Assembly: GCF_004010195.1 (NCBI RefSeq)
Contig: NC_057730.1
Location: 15,798,227-15,862,226 of the forward strand
Source of the DNA: Chiloscyllium plagiosum
Taxonomy: Eukaryota
Length of the DNA stretch: 64,000 bases
Direction of reading: 5' to 3'
Shown here: piece by piece, positions 60,145 through 64,000 of the stretch
Position numbering within the stretch: position 1 is the first letter of the stretch
Layout: the number at the start of each line of letters is the position of its first letter
Program-made: the position numbers and the translations under genes
The notes under the pieces: generated by a model
Databases searched by the model: none
Seen by the model: only the letters and a program-made list of their open reading frames with translations
What the model was told of the DNA's origin: nothing

Positions 60145-63100
60145 GATATCCTATCAAAAGGGCAGGCAGATAGTCAAAGGGGGCATTGTTGCCTCGTTAA
60201 TGAGAAAGGAAATTAGATCGATAGCAGGAAGTGATATAGAGTCGGAAGGCGTTGAATGTGTATGGGTAGAGTTGAGGAGCATGAAGGAGAAAATATCCTG
60301 ATGGGAATAATGCACAAGCCTCCTAGCAGTAATCAGGATGTGGGGAAGAAAATAAATCAGGAAATAAAAAGGCATGTAAGAAAGGCATTATTACAATAAT
60401 CATGGGGAATCCAAAATGCTGATGGATTGGGGAAATCAGGGTTGGTGACAGATTTCAAGGAAAGAAATTTGTGGACTGGCTATGAGATGGATTTTTTTGG
60501 AACAGCTTGTGGTAGGGTCTCCTACCAATTCTAGTTTTGGTGATGTGTAATGAGGCAGACTTGATCAGGGAGCTGAGGGTGAAGGAACCCCTATAGGGGG
60601 CAGTGACCATAATGTGAGAGAATTCACCCTGCCGTTTCAGAGGAAGAAGCTGGAATCCGATGTAATGGCATTGAGTAAAGGTAACCACAAAGACTTGCGG
60701 GAGGAGCTGGCCAGAGTTGATTGGAAGGGGAGCCTAACAGGAAAGAGGGTGGAGCAGCAATGGCAGGATTTTGGGGCTAATTCGGGAGGCACAGCAGAAA
60801 TTCATCCAAGGGAAGCAAAAACAGACTAATGGGAGGGTGAGGCAATCATGACTGACAAGGGGAAGATACAATATGGCGAAGGTTAGTGCGAAGCCAGAGA
60901 ATTGGGAAGCCTTTAAAAACCAGCGGAAGACAACTAAAAAAGCAGTAAGAGAAGACTGAGCATGAGAGTAAGCCACCTAGTAAGATAAAAGAAGGTTGCG
61001 AGTTTTTTTAAGAATGCCTCAAAGGTAAGAGAGAGAGACAAGAGTGGACATTGGACCACTGGAAAGTGAGACTGGAGAATTGGTGATGGGGAGCAACAAT
61101 TGACAGAGGAACTGAATAAGTACTTTGTCTCAGTTTTCACAATGGAAGACACCAGTAGCATGCAAGAATTTCAGGAGAGGGAGTTTGACCCCACGCCACA
61201 ACTAACCAACAGAGTAAACAACATACTACGGAACCTTAAAAAAAAACAGACTAATAACCGGGATTGACCTACAAAGGATGAAACCGGAAAGCGACTACAC
61301 CAAGATTTTACAAGTGACCCAAAGTTTACAAACCAGGCATACCTCTTAGACCCATTGTAGCACTGCTGGGAAGGCCATCACATAAACTGGCAAAAGAACT
61401 CCAACAAAAACTAAAACATCTGATCAGCGGTTCCAAACAGTCCAAACAATCATCACAGGAATTCCAAAACAACATCAAGAACATAAACACAGACAAGGAT
61501 GAAGCAATGGTCCCATTTGATGTAATGGCACTGTTCACTTCAATTGACAAAACTCTCGCCAGAGAGACAATAGCCAACCTTCTGGACAGGCAGAACTGAC
61601 AATATGACGGGGAGCGTATCAACAAGGACCGCACACTCAAACTACTAAACCTGTGCTTGAAGACACATTCACCTTCAACAACTAAATATATGATCAGATC
61701 AATGGAACCACCTATGGGCTCACCCATCTTTGGGCTCATAGCAGAAGCAGTGATGCAATGATTGGAACAAACAGCCCTCCCACAAATCCAATCTGAACTC
61801 TGGATCCAATATGTAAATGACACTTCTGTTATCATTAAGAGAACAGAAATCGAGAACACACATTGGATCATCAACACCATACTGGCAGGGATCAGATTTA
61901 TGAGAGAGGAAGAAACCAAGAACCAACTCCCATTCCTGGATATGACGGTAGAAAGGACACAGAGCAGGGAATGCACCACAAACGTGTACAGGAAAACCAC
62001 GCATATCAACTAGGTCCTGAATTACAACAGCAACCACCCAAACACACAAGAGAAGCTACATTTGCACCCTGTTCAAAAAGGCTACAACGCACTGCAGCAC
62101 TCCCGACCTATGAAGGGAAGAAAAAGAACATCTCTACAGAGTTCACCAAAACGAATATCCCCGCAACTTCATCCGCAGATGTCTAACAGACAGACAACAC
62201 AATGAGGACATGCTACAACCTAACTCACTAGCCATGCTACCTTATGTAAAAAAGCATCTCGAAACTAACAGCCAGACTTCTCCACCCACTGGGATCCATG
62301 ACAGCCCATAAACCGGCAGCCACGCTCAGACAACAACTCACCAGGACAAAATACCCTATACCCATCATGTGCAAGACTAATATAATTTACAGGATTCCAT
62401 GCAACGACTGCATGAAATACTGTATAAGACAAACAGGCAGACAACTAGCAGTCCACAACTACGAACACCAACTAGCCACTCAACACCATGACCAGCTGTC
62501 CCATACACACAGATGACAGGGATCACAAATTTGACTGGGACAACACAACGATCATAGTACAGCCAGAGAATTCCTAGAAGCAGGGCACTCATCCATGGAC
62601 TCTATCAAGAAGCACATTGACCTAAACCCAATATTCTGGCCACTACAACGAGCAACCGGAAGCAGCAGGAATGGAGCCAAATAAATACCAGAAGACACAG
62701 TACAGCAGTGCTTCACAGGAGGCTCCACAGCATTGAAGCTGTCACCTAGACAGGGGATGAAACGCCTGCAAATCAGCTTCCCAGCTCAGCAAACATACCC
62801 ACAACCACGGCAACCGGCACCCAAGCTACACACCTTTACACAAATTTTGAATTTCACGAGAGTCGGGGCAGAGGTGAGTGTAATGGCCATCACTGAGGAG
62901 ACGGTACTGGGGAAGCTGAAAGATCTGAAAGTGGATAAGTCACCTGGACTAGGTGGACCATAGTCCAAGGTTCTGAGAGAGATAGCTGAGGAGATCGTGG
63001 AGGCATCGATGGTGATCTTTCAGGAATCACCAGCGTCAGAGAGGGTTCCAGAGGACTGGAAAATGGTGAATGCAGCACCCCTGTTTACAAAGGGAGGGAG

Positions 63101-64000
63101 GTAGAAGACTGGAAACTATAGACCAGTTAGCCTGACCTCAGTCGTTGGTAAGATTTCAGAGTTTTGTTATCAAGTACAAGATTGAGGATTACTTGGAAAT
63201 GCATGGTAAAACAGGACCAAGGCAGCACGGCTTCATCAAGGGGAGGTGGTGTCTGACAAATCTGTTAGAATTCTTTGAGGAGGTAATGAGCAAGTTAGAC
63301 ATAGGAGAGCCAATGGGTTTCCAAAAGGCCTTTGACAGCTGCACAGGAGGCTACTCAATAAGATGAGCCCATGATGTTAAGGGCGAGGTACTGGCATGAA
63401 TACAGGATTGGCTGACTGGCAGAAGGCAGAGAGTGGGGATAAATGGGTGTCTTTCAGCAGGTGACTAGTACTGTTCCACATGGGTCTGTGTTGGGACCAC
63501 AGCTGGTCACATTATACATTAACGGTCTGGACGAAGCAACCAGGGTCTTGTTGTTAAGTTTGCAGATGACGCAGATATAGGTGGAGGAACAGCTAGTGTT
63601 GATGATGCGGGGAGGCTGCAGAAGGACTTGGATTGGCTGGGAGAGCAGGCGAAGTAGTGGCAGATGGAATACAATGTGGGAACGTGTGAGGTTATGCACT
63701 TTTTATAGGAAGAACAAAGGTCTGGACTATTTTCTAAATGGGGAAAGGCTTCGGAAATCTGAAGCACAAACTGACTTAGTCCAAGCTTGGGATTTGCTTA
63801 GATTTAACATGCAAGTTCAGTTGGCAGTTAGAAAGATGAATGCAGTGTTAGTGTTCATTTCAAGAGAGATAGAATACAATAACGTAGGTTATTGCTGAGG
63901 CTGTACAAGGCTCTGGTCAGACCATATCTGTAATGTTGTGAGTAGCTTTGGTACCAGTATTTAAGGAAGGGTGTGCTGGCGTTGGAGAGCAGCCAGAGGA
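60145..64000 (+). mobile_element. Degraded CR1 ORF2 (endonuclease to RT), split by the Penelope insertion at 61180-62848
   Basis: Endonuclease remnants at 60.15-60.6 kb; KVDKSPG, NYRPVSL, QHGFIKGRWCLTNL, KFADD after the insertion. Confidence 0.85.
61180..62848 (+). mobile_element. Second, distinct Penelope-like element (degenerate RT + GIY-YIG) nested in a CR1 LINE
   Basis: FDVMALFTSI, GPPMGSPI, WIQYVNDT (decayed YVDD), IIYRIPCNDCMKYCIRQTGRQL; 14-bp TSD GAATTTCA(G/C)GAGAG (61166-61179, 62849-62862). Confidence 0.88.

Overview
Eukaryotic, repeat-rich vertebrate DNA, very probably from a shark or other elasmobranch (inferred from abundant HE1-type tRNA-derived SINEs, CR1 LINEs and Penelope-like elements). 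The window is syntenic with human 16p13.3. It holds NDUFB10 exons 2-4 (+), complete RPS2 (-, 8 exons, 279 aa, with an intronic SNORA10-like snoRNA), and a divergently transcribed SNHG9-like non-coding host (+) carrying SNORA78. It also holds an RNF151-like RING/TRAF-zinc-finger gene (-, 7 predicted coding exons, about 369 aa, with a long acidic C-terminal extension) and TBL3 exons 1-4 (+). All exon calls were made by hand from splice signals, phase continuity and recalled similarity to vertebrate orthologues; no database search was run. The most striking non-genic signal is at least three families of short (about 90-400 bp) fold-back palindromic elements. They carry minimal type I hammerhead-ribozyme cores, are flanked by 11-16 bp target-site duplications (TSDs), and share the arm + inverted arm + unpaired tail architecture of a 2.9 kb Penelope-like element inserted just downstream of NDUFB10. 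There are three assembly gaps (7711-7736, 49224-50091, 51288-51787). Most short ORFs in the supplied track are repeat-derived or spurious. Repeat boundaries are approximate.
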